A stretch of DNA of 64,000 nt from an uncultured Chloroflexia bacterium (GCA_963776355.1 CAVZLU010000008.1:1218679-1282678); one strand, 5' to 3'; shown: positions 26,647 to 37,779, counted from the stretch's first letter. Program-made: numbers and translations. The notes: generated by a model not told the origin, from the letters alone.

Positions 26647-27858
26647 CTACGTCCCCCGGTCGTCGAGCCAGGCCACGCGCCAGACCCGCCACAGCGACCC
26701 CGGATCGCTCAGGGGGTCGCCGTGCACGAGCACCAGGTCGGCCGGCCCGCCCTCACGCAGCCGGCCCGCATCGGGCTCGCCGAGGATCTCACCGCCGCGG
26801 ACGGTCGCCGCCGCCAGCGCCTCCCACGGCTGCAGGCCGGCCCCGACGAGCGCCTCGACCTCCCACGCCAGCTGGTTGGCGCGCGTCGAGCCCCCACCGA
26901 AGTCGGTCCCGCTCGCGATGCGGACACCCGCCGCATGGGCGAGCCGGATGCTCTCCTCGGCCCGGGCCCGGCGGGCGGCGATGCGCGCGCGTCCCGCGGG
27001 CTCGGCGAAGCGCGGCAGGGTGGTCGTGCGACCGAACGACTCCCACGACCGGAAGATGGCCAGGGTCGACACCAGGTAGGTGCCCCGGCGCGCCATCTCC
27101 GCGGCGAGGCCGGCGTCGAGCTCGAAGCCGTGCTCGATCGCGTCCACGCCGCCCGCAACGGCCACGCGAGCGCCGTCGAGATGGCCCGCGTGCGCGGTCA
27201 CCCGGGCTGCTCGCCCGTGGACCGCGGTCACGACACGGTCCACCTCGGCCACGGTCCAGGGCGCGACGTCCGGCTCCGGTCCGTCGAGATAGAGCTTGAC
27301 GAGGTCGGCGCCCTCGTCGAGCTGGCCGGCCGCCGCGGCCAGGAGCGCGTCGGCGTCCTCCACCGCGATCGCCCGCGGCGTGTCGAGCGTGCCCGACCGC
27401 ATCAGCCACGTCCCGGCGGCCCGGATGTGGGGCGTGTCCGGCCGGCCGCGCCAGCGGTCGCGAAGCTCGACGGCGAGGGCTCGAGGCCCGGCACCTGGCG
27501 AGGGCACCACGCGGGGCGAGCCGACATCACGGATCCAGCGGACGCCGGCCCGGCCGAGCAGGCGGGCGTTCTCCTCACCCGCGGCCAGAAGCGCCTCCAC
27601 GGGATCGTCGATGCGGGCGATCCAGTCCGCGCCGCCGGGAAGGGTCAGGTGCGCATGGGCATCCACGAATCCGGGAACGATCGTGCAACCCTGAGCCTCG
27701 ATGATCCGCGTTGGGCCCCTGGCGGGGAGCGGCCCTTCGTCGTCGGCGGGCCGGATCCACGTGATCCGTCCGTCCGTCACGAGCACGCTCATGGCCAGGC
27801 GGCGCCGCTCGGACGTGCCGTCGGCCAGGGCCGCCCGGCGGTAGAGGGTCGCGGTCAC
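26647..27858 (-). CDS. Amidohydrolase family metal-dependent hydrolase
   Basis: 403 aa with the HxH motif (GFVDAHAHLTL), a downstream His and an Asp (...ASGTDFGG...) typical of the amidohydrolase_1 superfamily. Confidence 0.85.
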   Translation of the reverse strand: MTATLYRRAALADGTSERRRLAMSVLVTDGRITWIRPADDEGPLPARGPTRIIEAQGCTIVPGFVDAHAHLTLPGGADWIARIDDPVEALLAAGEENARLLGRAGVRWIRDVGSPRVVPSPGAGPRALAVELRDRWRGRPDTPHIRAAGTWLMRSGTLDTPRAIAVEDADALLAAAAGQLDEGADLVKLYLDGPEPDVAPWTVAEVDRVVTAVHGRAARVTAHAGHLDGARVAVAGGVDAIEHGFELDAGLAAEMARRGTYLVSTLAIFRSWESFGRTTTLPRFAEPAGRARIAARRARAEESIRLAHAAGVRIASGTDFGGGSTRANQLAWEVEALVGAGLQPWEALAAATVRGGEILGEPDAGRLREGGPADLVLVHGDPLSDPGSLWRVWRVAWLDDRGT

Positions 27859-28139
27859 GGCGTCCCGCCGGCGGCCAGCCCGGGCCAGGTCGCGACGAGC
27901 GCGGCGTCGTCGAGATCGACCTCGACCACCTTCCGGCGACCCGAGGCGCCCCGGACCACCCTGACCCCGCCCGCGCCGATCCGCAGCTCGCGGGCGAGCA
28001 GGCGCCGCAGCGATTCATTCGCCTCGCCGTCGACCGGAGGCGCCGCCACGCGCACGCGGAGCGTCCCGTCCTGGTCGACCCCGTCGACCCGGTCCCCGCC
28101 GCCGCGGGGCGTGAGGCGCACCGCGAAGCGGGTGCTCAC
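27855..28139 (-). CDS. DUF167 (YggU-like) protein
   Basis: 94 aa from the GTG at 28139, which overlaps the yggT stop (GTGA). Sequence VRLTPRGGGDRVDGVDQDGTLRVRVAAPPVDGEANESLRRLLARELRIGAGGVRVVRGASGRRKVVEV matches the YggU pattern. Confidence 0.7.
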   Translation of the reverse strand: MSTRFAVRLTPRGGGDRVDGVDQDGTLRVRVAAPPVDGEANESLRRLLARELRIGAGGVRVVRGASGRRKVVEVDLDDAALVATWPGLAAGGTP

Positions 28140-28381
28140 AGGGACACGAACCGCAGCAGGATCCCCAGGACGAGCATGAGGATGAGCGGCGAGAAGTCGA
28201 CCATGCCCGTCTGCGGGAGCAGGCGCCGGATCGGCGCGAGGATCGGCTCGGTCATCATCACGAGGTAGCGCGAGGCGCTGTTGCGGGCCGCCGGGTCGAT
28301 CCAGCTCACGATGACCCTGCCCAGGACCAGCCCCCACAGGACCAGGACGAGGATCTCGAGGAAGTTGCGGACGAAGAGCAC
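28136..28381 (-). CDS. YggT family membrane protein (Ycf19/YlmG-like)
   Basis: 81 aa, ...MTEPILAPIRRLLPQTGMVDFSPLILMLVLGILL... Confidence 0.8.
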   Translation of the reverse strand: MLFVRNFLEILVLVLWGLVLGRVIVSWIDPAARNSASRYLVMMTEPILAPIRRLLPQTGMVDFSPLILMLVLGILLRFVSL

Positions 28382-28390
28382 GGACCGATC

Positions 28391-29183
28391 CTAGCCGGTC
28401 GCGGCGAGGGGCTCCGGGACATCGCCGGGCCCGGACGACGGCACCCGCCGCCCGTCGGCGGGGCGCTCCCCGAAGAGCGCACGCCCGACCCGGATGATCG
28501 TCGCCCCCTCCTCGACGGCCACCTCGAAGTCGTCGCGTCATGCCCATCGACAGCTCCGGGCCGAGAGCCGGCCACCCGGCCCGCATCCGGTCGTGCAGCG
28601 CGCGCAGCCGGGCGAAGGTCGGGCGCGCCTGCTCGGCCACCTCCACCAGGCGCCCGACGGTCATGAGCCCGCGCACCACGACGTGTTCGAGCCCCAGGAG
28701 CGCCGGCAGCGCCTCCGCGACCGCCGCCGGCGTGAAGCCCGCCTTTGCCGGGTCACCGTCGACGTTCACCTCGAGGAGGATGGGCAGCGGAGACGCCGGC
28801 CGGAGCTCGCCGGCGACCCGGTCCAGGCGCCGCGCCAGCTCCATCGTGCCAACGGCCTCGAGCACGTCGAAGAGCTCGACGGCCCGCCGGGCCTTGTTCG
28901 CCTGGAGCGGCCCGACGAGGTGCCAGCGAGGCCCGGGAACCAGCGGGATCTTGGCCGCGGCTTCCTGGACCCGGTTCTCACCGAGGGTGTCGTGGCCGGC
29001 GGCGACCGCCGCCCGGAGCCGCTCGGCCGGCACCGTCTTGCTCACCGCGACCATCGTCACCCGGCGCGGATCGCGACCCGCGCGGGTGCAGGCAGCGCCG
29101 ACCCGGGCGAGGACCGCCGCCCGCGCGGCGGCGAGGCGGGCGACGTCCGCCGGATCCGGGGGCTCACGCGGGCCGGCGTCCAC
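28391..29183 (-). CDS. YggS family pyridoxal-phosphate homeostasis protein, with an apparent 1 nt frameshift near 28535
   Basis: The N-terminal frame reads [31 protein letters not shown]...[12 protein letters not shown]...LLEVNV. The conserved C-terminus ([26 protein letters not shown], ending at the TAG at 28391) is in the +1 frame. Confidence 0.7.
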
Positions 29184-29191
29184 CGGCCCGG

Positions 29192-30433
29192 CTACTTGTT
29201 GCGGCGGAGGAAGCTCGGGATCTCGAGGTCTTCCGCATCGTACTGGCGGCGGACGCTCGTGGGCGCCGGCTCCGGCGACACGGTACGGTCGGCACGGGCC
29301 GGCGGCTCGCCGCTCGCCGGACGCTCGGCCGGCCGGATCTCCGGTGTCGGCCGGACCTCGGCATCCGCAGCGGCCCGGCGGCTGCTCTCCAGCTCGCCCA
29401 GGTAGTCACGCTCCGGCCGCGCCGCGCGCGGCAGCTCGAACGGCGACGCGGTGGCATCGCGGCGCACGGTCTCGCGGCGACGGTTGGCGTCGAAGCCGGT
29501 GGCGATGACGGTGATGATCACCTCGTCCCCGAGCCGCTCGTCGAAGCTCGTCCCGAAGATGATGTTGGCCTCCGGGTCCGCGGCGGCGCGGATCTCCTCG
29601 GCCGCCTCGGTCACCTCGTACAGGGTGAGGCTGGACGAGCCGGAGATGTTGAACAGGATCCCCTGGGCGCCGGTGATGTTGATCTCGAGGAGCGGGCTGG
29701 CGATCGCCTGCTTCGCGGCTTCGAGCGCCCGGTTCTCGCCGCTGGCGCGGCCGATGCCCATGAGGGCGGAGCCGGCGTCGTGCATGATCGCCTTCACGTC
29801 GGCGAAGTCGAGGTTGATCAGGCCGGGGACCGTGATGATGTCGCTGATCCCCTGGACGCCCTGGCGGAGGACGTCGTCCACCACGCGGAAGGCGTCGAGG
29901 ATCGAGGTGTTCTTCTGGACGACGTCGCGGAGGCGGTCGTTCGGGATCGTGATGAGCGTGTCGACCTTGGCCTTCAGCTGCTCGGCCGACTTCTCCGCGA
30001 TCAGCTTGCGGCGATTGCCCTCGAAGCTGAACGGCTTGGTGACGACGCCGATGGTGAGGGCGCCGAGGTCCTTGGCGATCTCGGCGATGATCGGCGCGGC
30101 GCCGGAGCCCGTGCCCCCGCCGAGGCCGGCGGTGATGAAGACCATGTCGGATTCGCGCAGCGCCTCCGAGATCTTCTCGGTGTCCTCCTCCGCCGCGCGC
30201 TGGCCCACGGCCGCGTCGCCGCCGGCGCCGAGGCCCCGCGTGATCTTGTCGCCGATGCGGATCTTGTGAGGCGCATCGGACTGCAGAAGCGCCTGGGCAT
30301 CCGTGTTGATCCCGATGAACTCGACGCCCATCATCTCGGCCCGGATCATGCGGTTGACGGCGTTGTTGCCGCCGCCGCCGATGCCGACGACACGAATGAG
30401 CGCGAAGTTCTCCGAATCCGACCGCAGCGGCAT
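29192..30433 (-). CDS. ftsZ: Cell division protein FtsZ
   Basis: GGGGNNAVN tubulin signature and ...[29 protein letters not shown]... The ATG at 30433 follows a GGAGGA RBS. Confidence 0.95.
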   Translation of the reverse strand: MPLRSDSENFALIRVVGIGGGGNNAVNRMIRAEMMGVEFIGINTDAQALLQSDAPHKIRIGDKITRGLGAGGDAAVGQRAAEEDTEKISEALRESDMVFITAGLGGGTGSGAAPIIAEIAKDLGALTIGVVTKPFSFEGNRRKLIAEKSAEQLKAKVDTLITIPNDRLRDVVQKNTSILDAFRVVDDVLRQGVQGISDIITVPGLINLDFADVKAIMHDAGSALMGIGRASGENRALEAAKQAIASPLLEINITGAQGILFNISGSSSLTLYEVTEAAEEIRAAADPEANIIFGTSFDERLGDEVIITVIATGFDANRRRETVRRDATASPFELPRAARPERDYLGELESSRRAAADAEVRPTPEIRPAERPASGEPPARADRTVSPEPAPTSVRRQYDAEDLEIPSFLRRNK

Positions 30434-30560
30434 CGCTCGTCCTCCGGTACATGCGCGGCCGACGGGGCGGCCGTCCGGGCTCCCGGGCCCGGGGCTGAGT
30501 TGTCAGGCGCGAAACCTGGCGGTCCGATCCGGCGGGCGGGCACAGCGCGCTGGAGCGGGG

Positions 30561-30588
30561 ACTGGCGCGGAGTATACCCCTGGCGCGC
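30561..30588 (-). promoter_or_regulatory. Candidate sigma70-type promoter upstream of ftsZ (-35 TTCCCA, 16 nt, -10 TATACT)
   Basis: Read from the 285 nt ftsA-ftsZ intergenic region. It is weak evidence, but TATACT is striking in a 72% GC context. Confidence 0.25.
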
Positions 30589-30718
30589 TCGATGGGAACC
30601 CCGGCGCGCCGGGGGTCCGGTGCGGTCGCACACCGGGTCATCCCCCGAAGGTCCTCGCGGACGCGCGCCCGGCTGGCCGCGGCGAGGGGGACCGCGGGCC
30701 CCGCGGGACCGGCCGGGC

Positions 30719-31948
30719 CTACGGGAAGATGCTGCGCACGGCGCCGCGGAAGCGGGCGATGACCCCTCCTCCGGGCGCGGAGTCGTAGGTCGTCATCTCC
30801 GAGGCCGCGACGTGGCGCGCCCCCCAGAGCAGGAGGCCGATGGCCGTGGAGGAGCCGGGCTCCAGGAGCCCGTCGACGAGCCCGCCCACGTCGCTCGGCG
30901 CCGCCACCCGCACCGGCATCTCGAGCACGTCGCGGCCCAGGAAGGCGGCCCCCGCGAGCTGCGCGCCGCTGCCGGTCAGGACGAGCCCCGCCGGGAGCAT
31001 GCCGGGCGCCGCCGCGAGGATCTCGGTCCGCAGCATCTCGAAGGTCTCGCGCATCCGGGCCTCGATGATCCGGCAGACGTCCAGGCGGTCCACCGTGCGC
31101 CCGGCCTCGTCGCCGAGGACGGTCACGCTGATGACCTCGTCGGGGTCGACCCCCGAGAGGTCGCACGTCCCGTGCTCCACCTTGAGCACTTCGGCCACGT
31201 GGATGCTGGTCTTGAGGCCGATCGCGACGTCGTTCGTGACGTTCGAGCCCCCGATGGGGAGGACGGCCGTGTGGAACGGCGAGCCTTCGACGAAGAGGGT
31301 CAGGTCGATCGTGCCCGCCCCGATGTCGGCGACCGCGACGCCGAGATCGCGCTCCGTGGGCGAGAGGACCGCCTCGGCGGAGGCGAGCCCCGCGGCCACG
31401 AGCTCGTCGATCTTCACGTCCGCGGCGGTGACGCACTTGGTGAGGTTCTGGAGCGCCGTCTCCGACGCGGTGACGATGTGGGTCTCGACCTCGAGCCGCA
31501 CGGCGCTCATGCCGAGCGGGTTCATCACCCCTTCCTGGCCGTCGACCGTGTAGCCGCGGGGGATGACGTGGAGCACGCGCCGGGTCGACGGGATGTTGAC
31601 GGCCTGGGCGACCTCGATCGCGCGGTTCACGTCCTCCTGGGTCACCTCGCGGCGGGGGCCGGCGACCGCGACCTGGCCGGGCGAGTTCAGGCCGTCCACG
31701 TGCTGGCCGCCAACGCTCACGAACGCCCGCTCGATCTTGTAGCCGGCGTGGCGCTCGGCCTTCTCGACCGCCGCCGAGATCGAGTGGACCGTCTGGTCGA
31801 TGTTGACGACGATCCCCTTGCGCAGCCCCGAGGCCGGCACGATCCCCTTGCCGATGATCGTCAGCGCGCCGTCGCGGCCCACTTCGCCGATGAGCGCCAC
31901 GACCTTGGTCGTGCCGACGTCGATCCCGACGAACGTCTCGCGTTCCAC
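30719..31948 (-). CDS. ftsA: Cell division protein FtsA
   Basis: 409 aa actin-like ATPase. N-terminus MERETFVGIDVGTTKVVALIGEV..., C-terminal amphipathic tail. Confidence 0.9.
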   Translation of the reverse strand: MERETFVGIDVGTTKVVALIGEVGRDGALTIIGKGIVPASGLRKGIVVNIDQTVHSISAAVEKAERHAGYKIERAFVSVGGQHVDGLNSPGQVAVAGPRREVTQEDVNRAIEVAQAVNIPSTRRVLHVIPRGYTVDGQEGVMNPLGMSAVRLEVETHIVTASETALQNLTKCVTAADVKIDELVAAGLASAEAVLSPTERDLGVAVADIGAGTIDLTLFVEGSPFHTAVLPIGGSNVTNDVAIGLKTSIHVAEVLKVEHGTCDLSGVDPDEVISVTVLGDEAGRTVDRLDVCRIIEARMRETFEMLRTEILAAAPGMLPAGLVLTGSGAQLAGAAFLGRDVLEMPVRVAAPSDVGGLVDGLLEPGSSTAIGLLLWGARHVAASEMTTYDSAPGGGVIARFRGAVRSIFP

Positions 31949-31989
31949 TCGTCCCGTTCCTCTCCCATCGTCTCGCGGTGGCGGCCGGC

Positions 31990-32391
31990 CTACAGAAGAT
32001 GCCGCCGGATGAGCGCCACGTTCTGGAAGATCCGCAGCCCGAAGGTGATCAGCGCGACCAGGTACAGGTCCAGGCCGAGCCGGTCTCCGATGAAGGTCAG
32101 GAGCACCGCGACGGCCGCGTTGACCACGAACCCGCTGATGAAGATGCGGTTGTCGTACGTGCCCTCCAGCTCGGCGCGCACGGCCCCGAGGACCGAATCC
32201 AGCGCAGCGAGGATGGCCACCGCCGAGTAGCGCGACAGCTCGAACCCGACGTTGACGTTGAGAACGAGCCCCAGCAGGACTCCGACGAGCAGGCCCGCCA
32301 GCGGCAGGAGCACAGGTCGGTTTCCCCTCCTCGGCTCTGTTTCCGGAAGGCTACTCGACCCGGAGCCCGATCGCAGCGCGGCTCGCGTCAT
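31990..32391 (-). CDS. sbp: Small basic protein (DUF1290/Sbp-like membrane protein) between ftsQ and ftsA
   Basis: The internal ATG at 32391 overlaps the ftsQ stop (ATGA). Sequence ...VLLPLAGLLVGVLLGLVLNVNVGFELSRYSAVAILAALDSVLGAVRAELEGTYDNRIFISGFVVNAAVAVLLTFIGDRLGLDLYLVALITFGLRIFQNVALIRRHLL. Confidence 0.6.
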   Translation of the reverse strand: MTRAALRSGSGSSSLPETEPRRGNRPVLLPLAGLLVGVLLGLVLNVNVGFELSRYSAVAILAALDSVLGAVRAELEGTYDNRIFISGFVVNAAVAVLLTFIGDRLGLDLYLVALITFGLRIFQNVALIRRHLL

Positions 32392-33236
32392 TTCGAGGGT
32401 GTGGCTTTCTCGGTGAAGGTTCCCTGGCGCTCGCCGGCCAGGACCACCCGCAGGATCGTGGCTTCGCGCCCGGCGAGCAGGCTCCGCAGGAGGCGCACCT
32501 GCTCGGGAATCATCGTCGGGCCCCGCAGCTCGGCCCCGTAGAAGCCGAACACCGCCAGCCACGGGCCGGCGATCGCCGGCGTGATCGTCCAGCCGTCGTT
32601 CTCGGTGATCTCCACCTGGAGGGACGGGGCGGTCGAGCCCAGGTCGGCCGGCGCGAGCGAGAGGAGACGCGTCGCCGCATCGAGGTCGAGGGCGTCGAGC
32701 CGTCCCCCGACGGCGGGCGCATCGCCCGTGGTTCGCCCGTCGGCGACGAGGGGCAGCCCGCGGGCCGCCGCGACGGCTGCCCCGGCACCGGGGGCGGCAG
32801 CGTCGGCGAGGACCCGGCCATCGCGGTCGACGAGATACAGGGCCCGGCCGCGGCGCCAGGCGAGGACCGGGCGGCGTTCCGTCACCCGCACCCGGACCGT
32901 TCCCGGCAGGCCCACGCTGACCTCCGCGTCGGCCACGGCCGGAAGGCTCCCCAGGCGGGCCCGGAGGGCGTCGGTGGCCAGGACGAACGTGTTAGGGGCC
33001 GGGTTCGGAAGGTCGAGCGCGGCCTCGACGGCGGCATCGCCGGTGAGGACGGCGCCTTCGATCTCGACGGTCTTCACCCCGAAGACGGGCGAGGCCACGA
33101 CGCCCCAGATGAGGCCGGCCGTCGCCAGCATCGCCAGCGCCGCCAGGGCGCGGCGGGGCGAGAATCCGCCCGACGCTCGGCGCCGGCCGTCGCGACGGTG
33201 GACGCGGGCACCGCGGACGGGGAGGTCGTCCGTCAT
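32388..33236 (-). CDS. ftsQ: Cell division protein FtsQ/DivIB (POTRA domain)
   Basis: The start MTDDLP at 33236 overlaps the ddl stop (ATGA). It has a TM segment (ALAMLATAGLIWGVVASPVF) and a POTRA-like region. Confidence 0.75.
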   Translation of the reverse strand: MTDDLPVRGARVHRRDGRRRASGGFSPRRALAALAMLATAGLIWGVVASPVFGVKTVEIEGAVLTGDAAVEAALDLPNPAPNTFVLATDALRARLGSLPAVADAEVSVGLPGTVRVRVTERRPVLAWRRGRALYLVDRDGRVLADAAAPGAGAAVAAARGLPLVADGRTTGDAPAVGGRLDALDLDAATRLLSLAPADLGSTAPSLQVEITENDGWTITPAIAGPWLAVFGFYGAELRGPTMIPEQVRLLRSLLAGREATILRVVLAGERQGTFTEKATPSK

Positions 33237-34381
33237 CGCGGAAGGTCCCCGACCGCCAACCGCCGGATGGGCCGGGCCGCCCGGGCCGCCGCGCCGAGGT
33301 CCACGATCCGCGCGCACAGCTCGGCGAACGGGAGCCCCGCTGCCTCGGCGACCTTGGGGAAGAGGCTGATCGGGGTGAAGCCGGGGATCGTGTTGATCTC
33401 GTTGAGCGCCACCGCGCCCGACCGGCGGTCCACGAGGAAGTCCACCCGGGCGAACCCGGCCGCGCCGATGAGGGCGAACGCCGCCGCGCCGACCCGGCGG
33501 ACCTCCGTCGCGACCTCGACGGGCACGTCGGCCACGGCCATCGTCCGGGCGCGCGAGCCGGCCGCGTACTTGTCGGCGTAGTCGTAGAACTCGCGGCCCG
33601 GGACGACCTCGCCCGGCCCGAGCACGGTGAGGCCGCCCGCGATGGTGCCGAGCACGCCCAGCTCCAGCTCCCGCGGGCGGTCGAGGCAGGGCTCCACGAT
33701 CACCCGCGCATCATGGGCCAGGGCGCCCTCGACGATCGCCGGCCGCTCCCCGGGAACGTGGGCGATTCCCATCCCCACCGAGGAGCCGAGGCGGGCGGGC
33801 TTGGCGATGAGCCGGCCGCCGGGCGCCGTCGCGGCCAGCGTCTCGAGGTCCGCGAGGACCGCCGCCCGGTCCTCCTCCCAGGCGGCCCGGCCGATCTCCA
33901 GCCAGTCCAGGACGGGGAGGCCCGCGCCCCGGGCGAAGCGCTTGAAGAGCGGCTTGTCCATGCCGATCGCCGAGGCCGCCACCCCGGAGCCCGTGTAGGC
34001 GAGCCCGGCGTCCTCGAGGATCGCCTGGATCGTGCCGTCCTCCCCGTACGGGCCGTGGAGGGCCACGAAGACGACCGGCTGCGGCCGGGCCGCGGCGATG
34101 CCGGCCGCCGCGTCGCCCGCCCCGAACGGGCCGGCGGCGCCGAGGGCGCCCGGATCGTCGTAGGCCGCCGGCGGCAGGTCGCCGCGGCGGTGATCGACGG
34201 GCAGCAGCCACCATTCGCCGTCGAGGTCGACGTAGAACTGGCTCACGGGGTGGCCGCGGCCGGCCAGGGCCGCGGCGATCGCGGAGCCGGACACGATCGA
34301 CACGTCGTGCTCGGCCGAGGGCCCGCCCAGGACGACCGCGACCGCGGGCGGGCTGCCCGCCGCGCGTCCGCTGGCGTTCAC
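33233..34381 (-). CDS. ddl: D-alanine--D-alanine ligase
   Basis: ...VAVVLGGPSAEHDVSIVSG... N-terminal signature and an ATP-grasp body. The GTG start overlaps the murB stop. Confidence 0.9.
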   Translation of the reverse strand: MNASGRAAGSPPAVAVVLGGPSAEHDVSIVSGSAIAAALAGRGHPVSQFYVDLDGEWWLLPVDHRRGDLPPAAYDDPGALGAAGPFGAGDAAAGIAAARPQPVVFVALHGPYGEDGTIQAILEDAGLAYTGSGVAASAIGMDKPLFKRFARGAGLPVLDWLEIGRAAWEEDRAAVLADLETLAATAPGGRLIAKPARLGSSVGMGIAHVPGERPAIVEGALAHDARVIVEPCLDRPRELELGVLGTIAGGLTVLGPGEVVPGREFYDYADKYAAGSRARTMAVADVPVEVATEVRRVGAAAFALIGAAGFARVDFLVDRRSGAVALNEINTIPGFTPISLFPKVAEAAGLPFAELCARIVDLGAAARAARPIRRLAVGDLPR

Positions 34382-35350
34382 GCGGCTGCCTCCGTCCAGC
34401 CGGACCAGTCGCCCATGAAGACGATCTCGAAGATGAGCCGCACGCCGGTCTCCCGCTCCACCGTGGCCCGCACGTCCTCGCCGAGGGCGCGCACGTCGGC
34501 CGCGCTCCCGCCACGATCATTGAGGATCCAGTTGGCGTGCCGATCGGAGACCACCGCGCCTCCCCGCCGGCGGCCCTTGAGCCCGCAGCCATCGATGAGG
34601 GCGCCCGCGGACGGCCCGTCGGTCGGGTTCCGGAACACGCTGCCGGCGCTCGGGATCCCCAGTGGCTGGTGCTCGCGACGCCAGCGGCGAATCTCCTCGA
34701 GCCGCGAGCGGATCACGGCCGGCTCGGCCCGCGCCAGGCGAAAGGTCGCCGCGAGGACCACCTCCGGGGGCGACCCCTCGGCGGCGTGCTTGAGGCGGCT
34801 CTCGCGGTAGCCCAGGCCGAGTCCGCTCGCGTCGAGGCGAGCCTCGCTGCCATCCGCCGCGAGGACCGCCGCCGACTCGAGCACCGCCGCCACGTCCGAT
34901 TCATGGGCCCCGGCATTGGCCCAGACCGCGCCGCCGACGTTGCCGGGGATCGCCAGCCCGAACTCGAGCCCCGACAGCCCGGCATCCGCCGTCACGGTGG
35001 CGGCCTTGGCCATCGCCGAGCCCGGCCTCGGCAACCAGGCGCTCGTCGGCGATCTCGTAGCCCTCGGCGCGCACGTGGATGAGGAGGCCACGCACGCCGG
35101 CATCGGAGATCACGACATCGCTCCCCCGCCCGAGCACCGTGTGCGGGATCGCGCGCGCACGCGCGAGCTTCAGGATCGCGCGCAGCTCGAAGAGGTTGTG
35201 GACGGCCGCGTAGAGGTCGGCCGGGCCACCGACCCGCATCGTCGTGAAGCGGGCCAGGGGCTCGGCCCGCGACGTCTTGATCCCGAGGCGGCGCTGGATC
35301 TCGCTGCCCGCCGCGACGGCGTCGAACGGGGCCGTGGCGGGGCCCTCCAT
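34378..35350 (-). CDS. murB: UDP-N-acetylenolpyruvoylglucosamine reductase, with an apparent 1 nt frameshift near 35015
   Basis: The N-terminal FAD-binding half (MEGPATAPFDAVAAGSEIQRRLGIKTSRAEPLARFTTMRVGGPADLYAAV...LIHVRAEGYEIADERLVAEAGL) and the C-terminal half (MAKAATVTADAGLSGLEFGLAIPGNVGGAVWANAGAHE...) are in frames offset by one nucleotide. Confidence 0.8.
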
Positions 35351-36502
35351 CAGCGGGCCCCGGTCCCGGACGCGATCGCGGCCACCGCCGCCGGCTCGGG
35401 CCACGGCCGGCGGGCCGCGGCCGCCTCGACCAGGGCCGCGACCGCGTCCGCCGCGCCCGGACGGCCCTGCGCCCGGGCCGCCGCGCTCATGGCGAGGTGG
35501 GCGGCGGGATCGTCGAGGAGGCGGCTGGCGGCGAGCAGCGCGTGCCGCGTCGAAGTCGGCATCGTCGACGAGCCGCGCGGCCCCGGTCGCGGCATAGGCC
35601 TCCGCGTTGGCGCGCTGGTGGCCGGCGGCATGGGGGTACGGGACGCAGATCAGCGGCAGCCCGAAGGCCGCGCATTCGGCGAGCGTCGACGAGCCGGCGC
35701 GGCCGACGACCATGTCCGCCGCCGCCAGGGCCGCCGTCATGTCGTCGGCGAGGAAGGGGACGGGCCGGTAGCGGGCCTGCCGCTCCGCGGGCAGGCCATC
35801 GCGCGCCGCGAGCGCGGCCGCGTAGCCGTCGTCGCCCGTCACGTGGAGGACGGCGCATCGTTCGACGAGGTCGGGCAGCGCGTCGGTCACGGCGGTGTTG
35901 AAGCGCCGCACGGCCTGGGATCCACCGAACACCAGGAGGAGCCGATCGCGGGTCCCGAATCCCAGGTCCTCGCGGGCCGCCTCGCGGTCCACCGTGCGCG
36001 GGTCCCGGATCGGGGTCCCGGTCCGGTAGCAGCGGCGGGCGGCGAGGGCCTCGCAGGTGCGCGGGTCGGTGACGGCGATGGCGTCGGCGAGCCGGGCGGT
36101 GGCTCGGACGCTGCGGCCGGGGACGACGTTGCCGTCCCAGAGCACGACCGGGATGCGCAGGATCCCGGCGGCGACGAGGACGGGGATGGCGACGTAGCCG
36201 CCGGTCGTGAAGACCGCGGCCGGGCGTCGACGGAGCAGCGCCCACAGTGCCTGGGGCACCGAGGCGGCGAGGCGAAGCGGGTCGAGGACGACGTGGACGT
36301 CGCGCCCGCTGCTCCGCAGCGAGCGCAGGAGCAGCCGCCGGAGCGGGATCCCGGAGGGCGGGACGAGCTCGGCCTCCAGGCCGCGCCGCCCGCCGATCCA
36401 GGCCAGCTCAGGCGCCACCGGGCGCGCGTGCAGGGATCGAGCGACGGCGAGAGCCGGGTAGATGTGCCCGCCCGTTCCGCCGGCCGCGATCGCCACTCGC
36501 AT
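35350..36502 (-). CDS. murG: Undecaprenyldiphospho-muramoylpentapeptide beta-N-acetylglucosaminyltransferase, with an apparent 1 nt frameshift near 35545
   Basis: N-terminus MRVAIAAGGTGGHIYPALAVA. The C-terminus (...LLAASRLLDDPAAHLAMSAAARAQG..., ending at the TGA at 35350) is in a different frame from the body after ...ARLVDDADFDAAR. Confidence 0.8.
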
Positions 36503-37777
36503 GCACCCACCCTCCGGAGACAGCGGTCTCGCGCGAGACCGAGAGGAGGATCCCCGCCGCGACGAGGCTGACGATCAGCGAGGAGCCGCCAGCCGAGACG
36601 AACGGGAGCGTGATCCCCGTGACGGGGAGCAGCGTCACCACGACGCCGATGTTGACGAAGGCCTGCAGGCACAGCCACGCGGTGATGCCGGCGGCCAGGA
36701 GCCCGCCGAACGTGTCCGGAGCCGCGACCGCGACCCGGAAGCCGCGGTAGGCCAGCAGGCAGAAGAGGCCGATCACCGCGGTCGCGCCGACGAAGCCGAG
36801 CTCCTGGCCGATCACCGCGAAGATGTAGTCGTTGTGGGCGTTGGGGAGGACGAGCCCGCCCGCGGCGCTCTGGCCGAGCCCGGTGCCGACGAGGCCGCCG
36901 ACGCCGAGCGTCAGGAGGCCCTGGACGGCGTGGTACCCCGTCCCGGCCGCGTCGGCAAAGGGATCGCTGAAGGACTGCAGGCGCTCGAGCTGGTAGCCCT
37001 TCATCAGGAGCGCGGCCCCGGCCACGGCCGCCGCCCCGAGCCCGACGAGATAGAACGGGTTGGCTCCGGCGAGGAAGAAGAGGGTGATGGCCGTAGGCCC
37101 ACGACGGCCGCGGACCCGATGTCCGGCGACTTGAAGATGAGCAGGACGAAGGGCGCCACGATCACGACGAACGGCAGGAGCCCGGTGCGGAACCCGGCAA
37201 CCGCGGTGCCTCGGCGGGCCATCCAGTGGGCCAGGTACAGCACGAGGGCCAGCTTGGCCAGCTCGCTCGGCTGGATCGCCGGGAGGCCGGGAAGCTTGAG
37301 CCATTGCGACGACCCGCCCACCGTCAGCTGCAAGGCGGGCACCTGGATGAGGAGCAGGAGGAGAGCGGCCGCGAGCAGGAGCGGCACCGAGGCGAGCCGC
37401 AGCCAGCGGTAGTCGAGGCGCATCGCCAGGAGCATGCCGAGCAGGCCCAGCGCGGCCCACTGGAGCTGCGGCCCCAGGGTCGCGAACGTGTCGCGTTCCT
37501 TGGAGAGGTAGCCGTCCATGGCCGACGACGAGTAGACCACGAGCAGCCCCAGCGCCGTCAGGGCGAGGACGACGAGGACGATCACGGCGTCCGGACCGTG
37601 GCGCCGGATGGCGCCCGCCGGCACGGCCAGCGAGGCGGCCTCGGCCCGCACCGCGGCCGGCGTGCGCAGCCCGCTGGCCCGGGCGGACGCGGCGGACCCG
37701 GTCTTCGCCCGCACGTCGACCCGGGCGGGGACGGACACCGGGCGGGCGGCCGGGCGGGAACGATCCGCGGGACCCAT
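36408..37777 (-). CDS. ftsW: Peptidoglycan glycosyltransferase FtsW (SEDS family), with an apparent 1 nt frameshift near 37095
   Basis: The ATG at 37777 follows an AGGAGG RBS. The N-half (...LLIFKSPDIGSA) and the C-half (TAITLFFLAGANPFYLVG...) are in frames offset by one. The 3' end overlaps the murG start by ~94 nt, so the true stop is uncertain. Confidence 0.75.
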
Positions 37778-37779
37778 GG

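Noticed and set aside
26510-26692. 60 aa minus-strand ORF
   Set aside because: It translates through the tRNA-Val gene.
28745-32230. 1161 aa plus-strand ORF, Arg/Pro/Gly-rich, antisense to yggS-ftsZ-ftsA
   Set aside because: Low-complexity composition and exact antisense overlap with strongly supported ftsZ and ftsA. This is a typical high-GC spurious ORF.
36408-36502. 94 nt overlap between the ftsW 3' end and the murG start
   Set aside because: It is probably an artefact of another uncorrected indel near the ftsW C-terminus rather than a real long overlap. It is left as annotated with a note.
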